Part shown: positions 8,809 to 17,821 of the stretch, one piece after another
Layout of the letters: each line of letters opens with the position of its first letter
Position numbering within the stretch: the stretch's first letter is position 1
The notes under the pieces: generated by a model
What the model was told of the DNA's origin: nothing
Database searches by the model: none
What the model saw: only the letters and a program-made list of their open reading frames with translations
Assembly (NCBI GenBank): GCA_016342345.1
Contig: JAEINO010000013.1
Span: 4,592 to 68,591, forward strand
DNA from: Pseudodesulfovibrio sp.
GTDB lineage: Bacteria > Desulfobacterota > Desulfovibrionia > Desulfovibrionales > Desulfovibrionaceae
Direction of reading: 5' to 3'
DNA: 64,000 bases
Translations under genes and position numbers: made by a program

Positions 8809-9024
8809 ATGTATTATCACGGATTCGACAAGAAATTCCCTTCCGGAAGCAAGTATTGGACGATGTACGATGATCAGCTTATCGGCATGCTTTTTTCAAA
8901 AATAGTCAACAAGACCATGAGCATTGAAACCGCGTCTGCCGATTCCGAGGAGATTGTGGACGAGATGGTACAGAATCTCTTTGATTTGTGTTTTTACATT
9001 AACAAGGATTTTCACGACTGCTAG
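8809..9024 (+). CDS. Small acidic hypothetical protein (71 aa)
   Basis: ATG with GGAG RBS about 7 nt upstream; occupies an otherwise empty intergenic region; no family recognised. Confidence 0.6.
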   Translation: MYYHGFDKKFPSGSKYWTMYDDQLIGMLFSKIVNKTMSIETASADSEEIVDEMVQNLFDLCFYINKDFHDC

Positions 9025-9028
9025 TCGC

Positions 9029-9277
9029 ACAGGTTGTTGATAAAGGCCCGATTGCGGCGTTGCTGCAAAAAGTTCAAATCCTTGCGTACAAGGAGTACGC
9101 GGCGGCCTTGAGCTTTTTTTGCGTCTAGCACTCGAACCTTTCTCAACAACCTGTCAGAAGTTGAGGAAGGCCCGATTGCGGCGTTGCTGCAAAAAGTTCA
9201 AATCCTTGCGTACAAGGAGTACGCGGCGGCCTTGAGCTTTTTTTGCGTCTAGCACTCGAACTTTTCTCAACAAGCTG
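9029..9277. repeat. Family B: two head-to-tail ~125 bp MITE-like units
   Basis: Unit 1 9029-9154 has inverted ends ACAGGTTGTTGA(T/G)AAAGG; unit 2 9155-9277 has an essentially identical interior; period 124 bp; core shared with family A. Confidence 0.85.
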
Positions 9278-9314
9278 CCAGATGATTTTCTTTGTTGGAA
9301 TTGGAAAATGGTGC

Positions 9315-10478
9315 CTATTTATCAAGGCAGATTTTCACGGCCTTGATCACGTCAGCCACATCGGCATCCGTGAGTTTGGCCGAAAGAGGCAGGCTTACGG
9401 TCTGGCGGCCAAGGGTTACTGCGTGCGGGGTGTCCTCAAGGGTCCAGCCAAAGCGTTCCCGATAGTATGGCTGTTCCGGGATGCTGAGATAGTGAACACC
9501 GACCCCGATACTTTCTTTGGTAATACGAACCAGAAAGTCATCGCGGGCAATGCCGGTTTTGGCTTCGTCAATCATGATCGTATACAGGTGACGGGCGTGG
9601 CGGGTGTTTGGCTCCTCAGGGGCAGGCAGGCCGATTGGCAGATCCTTGAACGCTTCCTGATACCTGTCCCATATTTCGCACCGCCGTACGAAATATTTTT
9701 CGACGCGGGCAAGTTGATGGATGCCTATGGCTGCCTGAATGTCCATCATGTTGTATTTGAACCCGGCAGATACCACTTGGTAGTGCTTGTATCCTTCATC
9801 GGAAAAACGTTTCCAGGCATCCGCGCTCATTCCGTGTAGTCCAAGAATCTTGACGTGCTGAATGTCTTTTTGGGTGCGGGCCATGACCATGCCCCCCTCG
9901 CCTGTGCAGACATTTTTGGTCACGTAGAAGCTGAAGCATCCAAAATTTCCGAATGTTCCTGCGTGTTTGCCCTTGTATGTCGTTTCAATGGCGTGTGCGC
10001 AATCTTCGACAACTTTAAGATCATGCTCGTTGGCAATGGCCATGAGCGCGTCCATGTCACAGGCTCGGCCAGCGAAGTGGACGGGCAGAATTGCCTTGGT
10101 GCGGCCCGTGATCTTTGCGCGTACCGACTCAGGGTCGATGTTCTGGGTCACGGGGTCAATGTCTGCCAGAACCGGCGTACATCCGGCATGAATGATAGCA
10201 TTGATGGATGCACAAAACGTCATGGGAGTGGTGATGACCTCGTCGCCCGGTTTCAGACCAAGTGCCACAAGGCTGAGGTGCAATGCCGCGGTGCATGAAT
10301 TGCAAGCCGCTGCGTAGCCGTTGTCCAAATATGCGGAAAAATCCTTTTCGAATTGTGCCACCTTGGGACCAGTTCCGAGCCAGCCTGATTTCATGGAAGC
10401 CACGACTTCGTCTATTTCGGCCTGTTCGATACGCGGTGAGCCGAAGACGAGAAAATTATCTTTTGAACGAACGGGCAT
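9315..10478 (-). CDS. DegT/DnrJ/EryC1/StrS-family PLP aminotransferase
   Basis: NSCTAALHL, EDCAHA, FSFYVTKN (PLP Lys), GFKYNMMDIQAAIG; ATG 10478 with AAGGAG RBS preferred over the TTG at 10595. Confidence 0.9.
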   Translation of the reverse strand: MPVRSKDNFLVFGSPRIEQAEIDEVVASMKSGWLGTGPKVAQFEKDFSAYLDNGYAAACNSCTAALHLSLVALGLKPGDEVITTPMTFCASINAIIHAGCTPVLADIDPVTQNIDPESVRAKITGRTKAILPVHFAGRACDMDALMAIANEHDLKVVEDCAHAIETTYKGKHAGTFGNFGCFSFYVTKNVCTGEGGMVMARTQKDIQHVKILGLHGMSADAWKRFSDEGYKHYQVVSAGFKYNMMDIQAAIGIHQLARVEKYFVRRCEIWDRYQEAFKDLPIGLPAPEEPNTRHARHLYTIMIDEAKTGIARDDFLVRITKESIGVGVHYLSIPEQPYYRERFGWTLEDTPHAVTLGRQTVSLPLSAKLTDADVADVIKAVKICLDK

Positions 10479-11003
10479 GTCCGTAGTACTCCTTGATGGA
10501 TGTGTGTTGTGGGCGAGATTTACCAGATAATGAGAGGGTGGTAAATGCTGGGAGGTGTGCGTATTTGTTTTATGCTCGGAAATAATCTTGTCCAACTCTT
10601 CGTCGCAAAGCGTATGCTCAGTGACGGGTTTGTCGAGTTCCTGATTTAATTTAAGGCCGTTTTTTGCTACTTCTTTGGTTTTTCTTAAGGAAACATCGCC
10701 GAGTTTGTACTGTTCATGAGGGATTCTTGTTTTGTATCAGACGATGATCCTATGGTGCCCGAACGGTGTGAAAAGTTTTAAAATAAATCAGGCTCTGCGA
10801 TTAAATATGGATTGCAATCGACTTTTTGGTTTGTATCCGACTTAGACCCGGCTGGTCAAAAAAACATTTGAAGCGAACACCAGAGGATATGATAATCCGA
10901 AACGATTCCACCTCCTCAGGTTGCGCTTTGTACGTCCATTCGTTATGTAACCAACCCGGCCCAATTCCGGGCTACATATATTCATCTGATACGAGGTACC
11001 GCA

Positions 11004-11378
11004 ATGATCAGACCGGATTTTAAAAAAATGGACGGATTAATTCCGGCCATCGCGCAGGACGCCGAGACCGGCGAAGTCCTGATGATGGCGTACATGAATG
11101 AAGAATCATGGGATAAAACACTGGAAACCGGCGAGGCCCATTATTGGAGCCGCAGCCGTCAGACGCTATGGCATAAGGGCGGTACCTCGGGCCATACTCA
11201 GAAGGTGAAATCCATCCGCATTGATTGCGACGATGACACCTTGGTGCTTCTCATTGATCAGATCGGCGGCGCGGCATGTCATCTTGGCTACCGCAGTTGC
11301 TTTTTCCGCGAATTGAAAGACGGCGAAGTCACGAAATGTGCTCCGATCGTCTTCGACCCCAAAGAGGTATATAAGTAA
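11004..11378 (+). CDS. hisI: Phosphoribosyl-AMP cyclohydrolase
   Basis: [32 protein letters not shown] motifs. Confidence 0.95.
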   Translation: MIRPDFKKMDGLIPAIAQDAETGEVLMMAYMNEESWDKTLETGEAHYWSRSRQTLWHKGGTSGHTQKVKSIRIDCDDDTLVLLIDQIGGAACHLGYRSCFFRELKDGEVTKCAPIVFDPKEVYK

Positions 11379-12256
11379 TGTCAGAACCATTTTTACGTCT
11401 CGGTGTTCCTAAAGGTTCCTTGCAGGATGCAACCCTCAAGCTGTTTGACAAGGCAGGCTGGAAGATCAAGCTGCATGATCGCAATTATTTTCCGGATATC
11501 GATGATGACCGGATCAAGTGCTCCTTGGCTCGAGCCCAGGAAATGTCCATGTATGTCGAGAATGGCACCTTTGATGTCGGCCTGACGGGCATGGACTGGA
11601 TCAAGGAAAACAAGTCCGATGTGGTCGTGGTCGATGACCTGATCTATTCCAAGGTCAGTAATCGCAAGGCCCGTTGGGTGCTTTGCGTCAAGGGCGACTC
11701 CCCTTACACCTGCCCCGAGGACCTGGAAGGCAAAACCATTTCCACCGAGCTGGTGGGGTTCACCAAGGAATATTTCGCTACCCGTGGAATCAACGTGGAA
11801 GTTTCCTTTTCCTGGGGAACCACCGAGGCCAAGGTTGTCGAGGATTTGTGCGATGCCATTGTCGAGATAACGGAGACCGGCACGACCATCAAGGCCAACG
11901 GGTTGAGGATTATTGCCGAGTTGATGCAGACAAATACCCAGTTGATTGCCAACAGGGAAGCATGGAAAGATCCGAAAAAGCGCAAGCTCATTGAGGATAT
12001 CAACCTGCTCATGCAGGGTGCGTTGCGTGCTGACAAAATGGTCGGGTTGAAAATGAATCTGCCCAAGGACAAACTGGCCGAGCTGAATGGCTCGTTGCCG
12101 AGTTTGAATTCTCCCACCGTGGCTGAATTGCAGGACCCGAATTGGTTGTCTGTCGAGGTCATGGTCGAAGAGAAGGTTGTTCGTGAGTTGATTCCCCGTC
12201 TCAGGGAATTCGGAGCGGAAGGGATAATTGAGTATCCGTTGAATAAAGTTATTTAG
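11378..12256 (+). CDS. hisG: ATP phosphoribosyltransferase (long form)
   Basis: LGVPKGSL, DAIVEITETGTTIKANGL, C-terminal ACT-like domain (GAEGIIEYP). Confidence 0.95.
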   Translation: MSEPFLRLGVPKGSLQDATLKLFDKAGWKIKLHDRNYFPDIDDDRIKCSLARAQEMSMYVENGTFDVGLTGMDWIKENKSDVVVVDDLIYSKVSNRKARWVLCVKGDSPYTCPEDLEGKTISTELVGFTKEYFATRGINVEVSFSWGTTEAKVVEDLCDAIVEITETGTTIKANGLRIIAELMQTNTQLIANREAWKDPKKRKLIEDINLLMQGALRADKMVGLKMNLPKDKLAELNGSLPSLNSPTVAELQDPNWLSVEVMVEEKVVRELIPRLREFGAEGIIEYPLNKVI

Positions 12257-12280
12257 TTTCGGCTGGAAGTGAAGATATGC

Positions 12281-12318
12281 AAGTCGGGAGAACCAGATGG
12301 TTCTCCCGACTTTTTTTG
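12281..12318 (+). terminator. Intrinsic terminator after hisG
   Basis: AAGTCGGGAGAACC-AGAT-GGTTCTCCCGACTT plus T tract. Confidence 0.9.
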
Positions 12319-12343
12319 TGGGAATGGAATCGCCTTTGGCGAT

Positions 12344-13710
12344 GATGAAGAATGAAGATGAAAGATAAGATGCCTAAAGGCAGCCCTCCCGGCGGGGTCC
12401 GTTTTTTTGTTGGCCCAAAAAAAGGGACGAAAAAAAGGGCCTTTTAGTATCTTGGCCGCTGCCTTCCATGGCTGAGAATCTGATCAAAGCGGGTCGGCTC
12501 CATGCCATGAAAGGTCTGGGCTGTACCTTCCCGTACAGTTGCTTTTCAACAATGCTCTTCTGATCCCGGTCATAAAGCCGCCTCTTCCGCGTTGTCAGCC
12601 TCTAGGCCTTTGGAGGCTTGACGCTGGGGCGCGTGAATTGGTGTTGATATTTTGAAATCCAAAAGGCCTGCAAAAACAAGCGTTTCCAATGCCTTCATAT
12701 CTATCCTAATCACACCATATTTAGTCTTTCTTACAACGACGACCAATGAGAGCAGGGGCTTAGAGCCGGTTGACACGCGTAAGTGTAGCCCGGAAAGCGT
12801 CCGGGTCCCGGATATCTTGGAGGGCAGCGGAGCGTGTTAGCGGCTCTTAGCCATCGCGGAAGGATCACAGCGCAAAAAAAGCGACTTTTGCTTACTTTTG
12901 GTCGCTTTGGCCCAAAAGTAAGTCGTGCCGGAGGTACGAAACTCTCTGTTTATTCTTTATGGCAGCCATGGGGCTGCATCCCATTCTGCTTTTATCTTAT
13001 TGTTTCGATGAAGAATGAAGATGAAAAAAAAGATGCCTAAAGGCAGCCCTCCCGGCGGGGTCCGTTTTTTTGTTGGCCCAAAAAAAGGGACGAAAAAAAG
13101 GGCCTTTTAGTAGCTTGACCGCTGCCTTCCATGGCTGAGAATCTGATCAAAGCGGGTCGGCTCCATGCCATGAAAGGTCTAGGCTGTACCTTCCCGTACC
13201 GTTGCCCTTCAACAATGCCCTTCTGATCCCGGCCACAAAGCCGCCTCTTCCGTTTTGTCAGCTTCTAGGCCTTTGGAGGCTTGACGCTGGGGCGCGTGAA
13301 TTGGTGTTGATATTTTGAAATCCAAAAGGCCAGCAAAAACAAGCGTTTCCAATGCCTTCATATCTATCCTAATCACACCATATTTAGTCTTTCTTACAAC
13401 GACGACCAATGAGAGCAGGGGCTTAGAGCCGGTTGACACGCGTAAGTGTAGCCCGGAAAGCGTCCGGGTCCCGGATATCTTGGAGGGCAGCGGAGCGTGT
13501 TAGCGGCTCTTAGCCATCGCGGAAGGATCACAGCGCAAAAAAAGCGACTTTTGCTTACTTTTGGTCGCTTTGGCCCAAAAGTAAGTCGTGCCGGAGGTAC
13601 GAAACTCTCTGTTTATTCTTTATGGCAGCCATGGGGCTGCATCCCATTCTGCTTTTATCTTATTGTTTCGATGAAGAATGAAGATGAAAAAAAAGATGCC
13701 TAAAGGCAGC
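12344..13710. repeat. Family C locus 1: two tandem 663-bp structured non-coding units
   Basis: AGATGCCTAAAGGCAGC recurs at 12368, 13031 and 13694 (period exactly 663). Units differ at about 13 positions, all in the first ~300 bp. Confidence 0.95.
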
Positions 13711-13746
13711 ACTCGGGGCAGGGTTCATTTTTTCATTGAACTCGCG

Positions 13747-14475
13747 TCACCCTACAGTCAACCCTAGGGCTGCTTCATCCACGTACCAGAGTGTTTCCTC
13801 AGCTTCCAATCGGGCGGCTGGATAGCGATCCGGGGCGGTGGGGTCGTTCATGATCTCGTGAATAAGGGATTGTTTGTCTTTGCCTGCTGCGAGGAAAAGG
13901 GCGGTCCTGGCGTTGTTCAGGACTGGAAAGGTCATGGTGATTCGGTCGATTCTTGGGATGGCTGGCGGATTGATGACCGGGACGACCCAGTCCGTGGATT
14001 CAAGAGAGTCGGTGTTCGGGAAGAGGGAGGCTGTGTGTCCATCTGTCCCCATGCCTTGCAGGGCGAAATCGAAGCGGGGTGTTCCCTTGTCACCAAAGGC
14101 ATTGACGAGATTGCGGCGTGTGTCTTCGGCTGCCCTGTCTGCGCCGAGCTCTCCTCTGATCCGGAATATGTTGGCTTCCGGGATGGGCATGTGGCTGAGC
14201 AGGGCGTCATGGGCGAGTTTGTAGTTGCTTTGGTCGTCGTCGGGCGGAACCGCTCTGTCGTCACCCCAGAATATGAGGGTTCGGTCCCACGGCACGGCGC
14301 GCCAGTATGGTTCGCATGCCAGGATCTCAAAGAACCGCTTTGGTGTGCTGCCACCGGACAGGGCAACGGTGAATCGTGCTCGATCATTCAGAGCCTGATG
14401 TGAGCATGCGATGAAAAGTTGTGCCGCGCTCTGACTCATGTCCTCGGCGTTTGCGAAGACGTGAAAATCCGCCAT
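13747..14475 (-). CDS. pgl: 6-phosphogluconolactonase
   Basis: ALSGGSTPK, FWGDDRAVPPDDDQSNY, GMGTDGHTASLFP, RITMTFPVLN; start ATG 14475. Confidence 0.92.
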   Translation of the reverse strand: MADFHVFANAEDMSQSAAQLFIACSHQALNDRARFTVALSGGSTPKRFFEILACEPYWRAVPWDRTLIFWGDDRAVPPDDDQSNYKLAHDALLSHMPIPEANIFRIRGELGADRAAEDTRRNLVNAFGDKGTPRFDFALQGMGTDGHTASLFPNTDSLESTDWVVPVINPPAIPRIDRITMTFPVLNNARTALFLAAGKDKQSLIHEIMNDPTAPDRYPAARLEAEETLWYVDEAALGLTVG

Positions 14476-14503
14476 GGTGTTCCCTCTAGGCAAATGATGA
14501 TGT

Positions 14504-16018
14504 TCAAACTTCCGTGTCTGGCCAGCATTGACGCACCCTGTGGGGACCGTTGGTTCCGGCCTTGTAAAGGTGCAGCCGTTCGGCTTGGTCGGGACAGTCG
14601 CACTCCATGAGTATCGGCGTCAAGAAACTCCAGCATAAATTTATGGAATCCTGCCGCCAGAACAGGGTGTGATCCCCCAGCAGGACCTCGAGCAGCACTT
14701 TTTCGTATGCGCTCAGGCGGATGGGAGAACCCTGGGAATAGTCGAAATTCATGGTCACGTTTCGCAGGCACATGGCCGGTCCCGGGGCTTTTGCCTGGAA
14801 CGTCAGGCGTACTTCCTCTCGGGGCTGGATGGACAGGATGAGCCGGTTGGCCGTGATGTGTTCGCCCAGGATGTTGCGGTACATGGAATGGGGCACCTCC
14901 TTGAAACGAACCTCGATCTCGGTGTGCTTTTCGGCCATGCGCTTGCCCGAGGTGATATAGAACGGCACTCCTTGCCATCGCCAGTTGTCGATGAAGATTT
15001 TCATGGCTGCAAAGGTCGGGGTGAGCGAATCCGAGGCAACGCCTGGCTCCTTGACGTAGGACGGCACGGATTGGCCGTCCATTATCCCTGCGGCGTACTG
15101 ACCGAGAACGAGATAGCTGTCCAGGTCGTTGGTGGGGAACGGCCTGAGTGATCGGTAGACCTTGGTTTTTTCATCCCGAATGCGATCCGCTTCATAGAGG
15201 GAGGGCGGTTCCATGGCCACCAACGCAAGAAGCTGCATCATGTGGTTCTGGAACATGTCTCGCAGCACACCGGCATGGTCATAGTACCCGGCCCGGTGCT
15301 CCACGCCGAGCTTTTCGGAGGCAGTGATGTGAACGGATTCGACATAACGGCGGTTCCAGAGCGGCTCGAAAATGGCGTTGGCAAATCGGAACATGAGTAC
15401 GTTTTGAACTGTTTCCTTGGCTAGATAATGGTCGATGCGGTAAATTTGATGCTCGGAAAATCCCTCCATGAGAGCCTTGTTGAGACGGTGTGCGCTGGCA
15501 AGATCATGCCCGAACGGTTTTTCCACGATCAGACGAACCCAGTTGCCGTTTTCCCTGGAAAGTCCTGCATGGGCAAGGCCGCGGGCAATGGTTTCGTAGG
15601 CTGCAGGCGGCACGGCCAAATGGAAGATAGTGTTGTTGTTGGTGCCGAATTCGTTGCCTTTGGCTTTGATGAACCCTGCCAGTTCGGAGAACTCGCCCAT
15701 TGAAGTGAAGTCCACCCTTTGATAAAATACGCGCTGGGAAAAACTGTTCCAGTTGTTCATGTCCGCGCCATTTTCTTCAAGGGAAATCCTGATGCGTTGC
15801 CTGAATTCATCGATCGAAAGTGCGGACCGTGCCACGCCGATGATGATGCAGTCTTTGGGCAGCCCTTTGTCGCAAGACAGAGCTTGGAGCGATGGCAGAA
15901 TCTTGCGGAAGCTCAGGTCTCCCGTGGCACCGAATATGACAATGGCGCATGGGTCCGATGGTTTTTCATGGAGGCAACCACCGTTTGCGTCATCCCGTTT
16001 GGTGACAACGCCGGGCAT
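14504..16018 (-). CDS. zwf: Glucose-6-phosphate 1-dehydrogenase
   Basis: [40 protein letters not shown] motifs. Confidence 0.95.
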   Translation of the reverse strand: MPGVVTKRDDANGGCLHEKPSDPCAIVIFGATGDLSFRKILPSLQALSCDKGLPKDCIIIGVARSALSIDEFRQRIRISLEENGADMNNWNSFSQRVFYQRVDFTSMGEFSELAGFIKAKGNEFGTNNNTIFHLAVPPAAYETIARGLAHAGLSRENGNWVRLIVEKPFGHDLASAHRLNKALMEGFSEHQIYRIDHYLAKETVQNVLMFRFANAIFEPLWNRRYVESVHITASEKLGVEHRAGYYDHAGVLRDMFQNHMMQLLALVAMEPPSLYEADRIRDEKTKVYRSLRPFPTNDLDSYLVLGQYAAGIMDGQSVPSYVKEPGVASDSLTPTFAAMKIFIDNWRWQGVPFYITSGKRMAEKHTEIEVRFKEVPHSMYRNILGEHITANRLILSIQPREEVRLTFQAKAPGPAMCLRNVTMNFDYSQGSPIRLSAYEKVLLEVLLGDHTLFWRQDSINLCWSFLTPILMECDCPDQAERLHLYKAGTNGPHRVRQCWPDTEV

Positions 16019-16930
16019 TTATTGTTTTCCTGCCGGGCTTACGGGATGGCCACCGAATTCTCGCCTGAGTGCGGCCAGCACCCTGTTGCGGAAGTCGTTG
16101 TCCCGTCTGGATGAGAATCGTTCCATGAGGGCAATGGTCAGGACCGGTGCTGGTGTGCCTGTCTCTATGGCCTGTTGAACGGTCCAGCGACCTTCCCCTG
16201 AGTCGTCTACAACTCCTTTGATGTCGGTCAGACGTTCGTTTTTTTCAAAGGCGGCACCAGCCAGTTCCAGAAGCCAGGAGCGGATGACGCTTCCGTTGTT
16301 CCAGAGTTTGGAGAGTTCGGAATAGTCCATCCCTTCGTCGTAGTTTGAATTCTCGATGAGAGCGAACCCTTCGGCATAGGCCTGCATCATGCCGTACTCG
16401 ATGCCGTTGTGGACCATCTTGATGAAGTGACCCGCTCCGGCCGGTCCGCAATGCATGTAGCCGTTATCAGGTGCCAGGGCTGCGAACACGGGCCTCAGCC
16501 GTTCAAATTCCATTTTCGGGCCGCCGACCATGGTGCAATAGCCGACCTCAAGTCCCCATATACCGCCTGAAATTCCGGCATCCAGATAGTTGATACCGCG
16601 TTCAAACAGCTCTTCGGCGCGGCGAATGTCGTCCTTGTAATAGCAGTTTCCGCCGTCGATGATGGTGTCGCCTGGGTCGAGCATTTGCTTGAGACTGTGA
16701 ATGGCAATTTCGGTTGGACTGCCTGCCGGAAGCATTACCCAGACTGTTCGTGGAGGCTGAAGCAGTTCCTTGAGCTCCTTGTATGAATAGGCTCCCAGCC
16801 CTTTCTCTTCCTTGAGTTGGTCGGTTTTGTCCTCACTTCGGTTGAAGCCCACGACCTCTATGTTGTTTTGCAGGAGCCTGCGTGCCATGTTCATGCCCAT
16901 GCGGCCAAGTCCGATCATGCCGATTCGCAT
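16019..16930 (-). CDS. gnd: 6-phosphogluconate dehydrogenase (decarboxylating, short form)
   Basis: [38 protein letters not shown] motifs. Confidence 0.93.
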   Translation of the reverse strand: MRIGMIGLGRMGMNMARRLLQNNIEVVGFNRSEDKTDQLKEEKGLGAYSYKELKELLQPPRTVWVMLPAGSPTEIAIHSLKQMLDPGDTIIDGGNCYYKDDIRRAEELFERGINYLDAGISGGIWGLEVGYCTMVGGPKMEFERLRPVFAALAPDNGYMHCGPAGAGHFIKMVHNGIEYGMMQAYAEGFALIENSNYDEGMDYSELSKLWNNGSVIRSWLLELAGAAFEKNERLTDIKGVVDDSGEGRWTVQQAIETGTPAPVLTIALMERFSSRRDNDFRNRVLAALRREFGGHPVSPAGKQ

Positions 16931-17071
16931 TGTTTCCCCTCCGCAAATGAGAATTCATGTAGTGCCATAAATGCTAGCACGGCGTATGTGTGAAGGGCAA
17001 AGCTTTCGTTGATTTAGCGTTGGGTATCATCCATAATGCCCGGAATCTAACGCCGAGAACGAGGAGTTGTC

Positions 17072-17797
17072 ATGCTGGAAGGTTTGTGGACGCTGGAAAA
17101 TCTGATTGCATTGATCACGCTGGCCGGGCTGGAAATAGTGCTCGGCATCGACAATATAGTGTTCGTGGTGGTGGTGACCAACAAGCTGCCCGAGGCTTCA
17201 CGGGCCGCGGCTCGGAGGTTGGGAATAGGGCTGGCAATGTTCACCCGAATTGGGCTTTTGCTTGTCATCAGTGCCATCATGGGGTTGACGGCACCTCTTT
17301 TTACTGTTTTCGGACATGTGGTGGCAGGCCGCGACATCGTTCTCCTTGTCGGCGGGCTGTTTCTGCTTGCCAAGGCAACGCACGAAATTCATGACAAGCT
17401 GGAAGAACCGGATGAAAGGGATTCACTTGTGCGCAAGCAGTATTCCTACGCCAGTGCCATCATTCAGGTCCTGTTGCTCGATATCGTTTTTTCGCTGGAT
17501 TCGGTAATTACGGCAGTTGGCATGGCCCAGCACGTCACAGTCATGATTGTCGCCATAGTTATTGCGGTTATTGTAATGCTGCTTTTTGCCGGGCCGGTGA
17601 GCGACTTTGTTTCCAACCATCCCACGGTACAGATGCTTGCCTTTTCCTTTTTATTGCTGGTCGGTATATTCCTCATGGCCGAAGGCATGCACAAGCACAT
17701 TGACCGGGGCTACATCTATTTTGCCATGGCATTTTCGCTCTTTGTCGAATTCCTGAATCTGCGGATGAAGAAGGCAAGGAAACAGGCACAGGCCTGA
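17072..17797 (+). CDS. TerC-family membrane protein
   Basis: LEIVLGIDNIVF and DIVFSLDSVITAVG acidic motifs; GAGGAG RBS. Confidence 0.9.
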   Translation: MLEGLWTLENLIALITLAGLEIVLGIDNIVFVVVVTNKLPEASRAAARRLGIGLAMFTRIGLLLVISAIMGLTAPLFTVFGHVVAGRDIVLLVGGLFLLAKATHEIHDKLEEPDERDSLVRKQYSYASAIIQVLLLDIVFSLDSVITAVGMAQHVTVMIVAIVIAVIVMLLFAGPVSDFVSNHPTVQMLAFSFLLLVGIFLMAEGMHKHIDRGYIYFAMAFSLFVEFLNLRMKKARKQAQA

Positions 17798-17821
17798 CAA
17801 GATACTGCGGGAAACACGCCT

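Noticed and set aside
12763-12797. Resemblance of GAGCCGGTTGACAC..GTGTAGCCCGG to group II intron domain V
   Set aside because: The AGC triad has no pairing partner (AAAG instead of GTTY), there is no GTGYG 5' end or domain VI, and no RT ORF.
12570-12840. 62-76 aa ORFs 12570..12776(-), 12652..12840(+) and their duplicates
   Set aside because: The equivalent frame has a premature stop in the 50204 copy and an indel-shifted C-terminus in the 50853 copy; these look like by-products of the repeat.
12340-13710. CRISPR array or integron cassette array interpretation of family C
   Set aside because: Inter-boundary segments are ~620 bp and nearly identical rather than unique short spacers. No cas or intI gene, no convincing attC (RYYYAAC...GTTRRRY) pair and no cassette ORFs.
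16931-17071. yybP-ykoY (Mn) riboswitch expected upstream of a TerC gene
   Set aside because: The conserved GGGGAGUA and paired core could not be found; only a weak generic hairpin is present.
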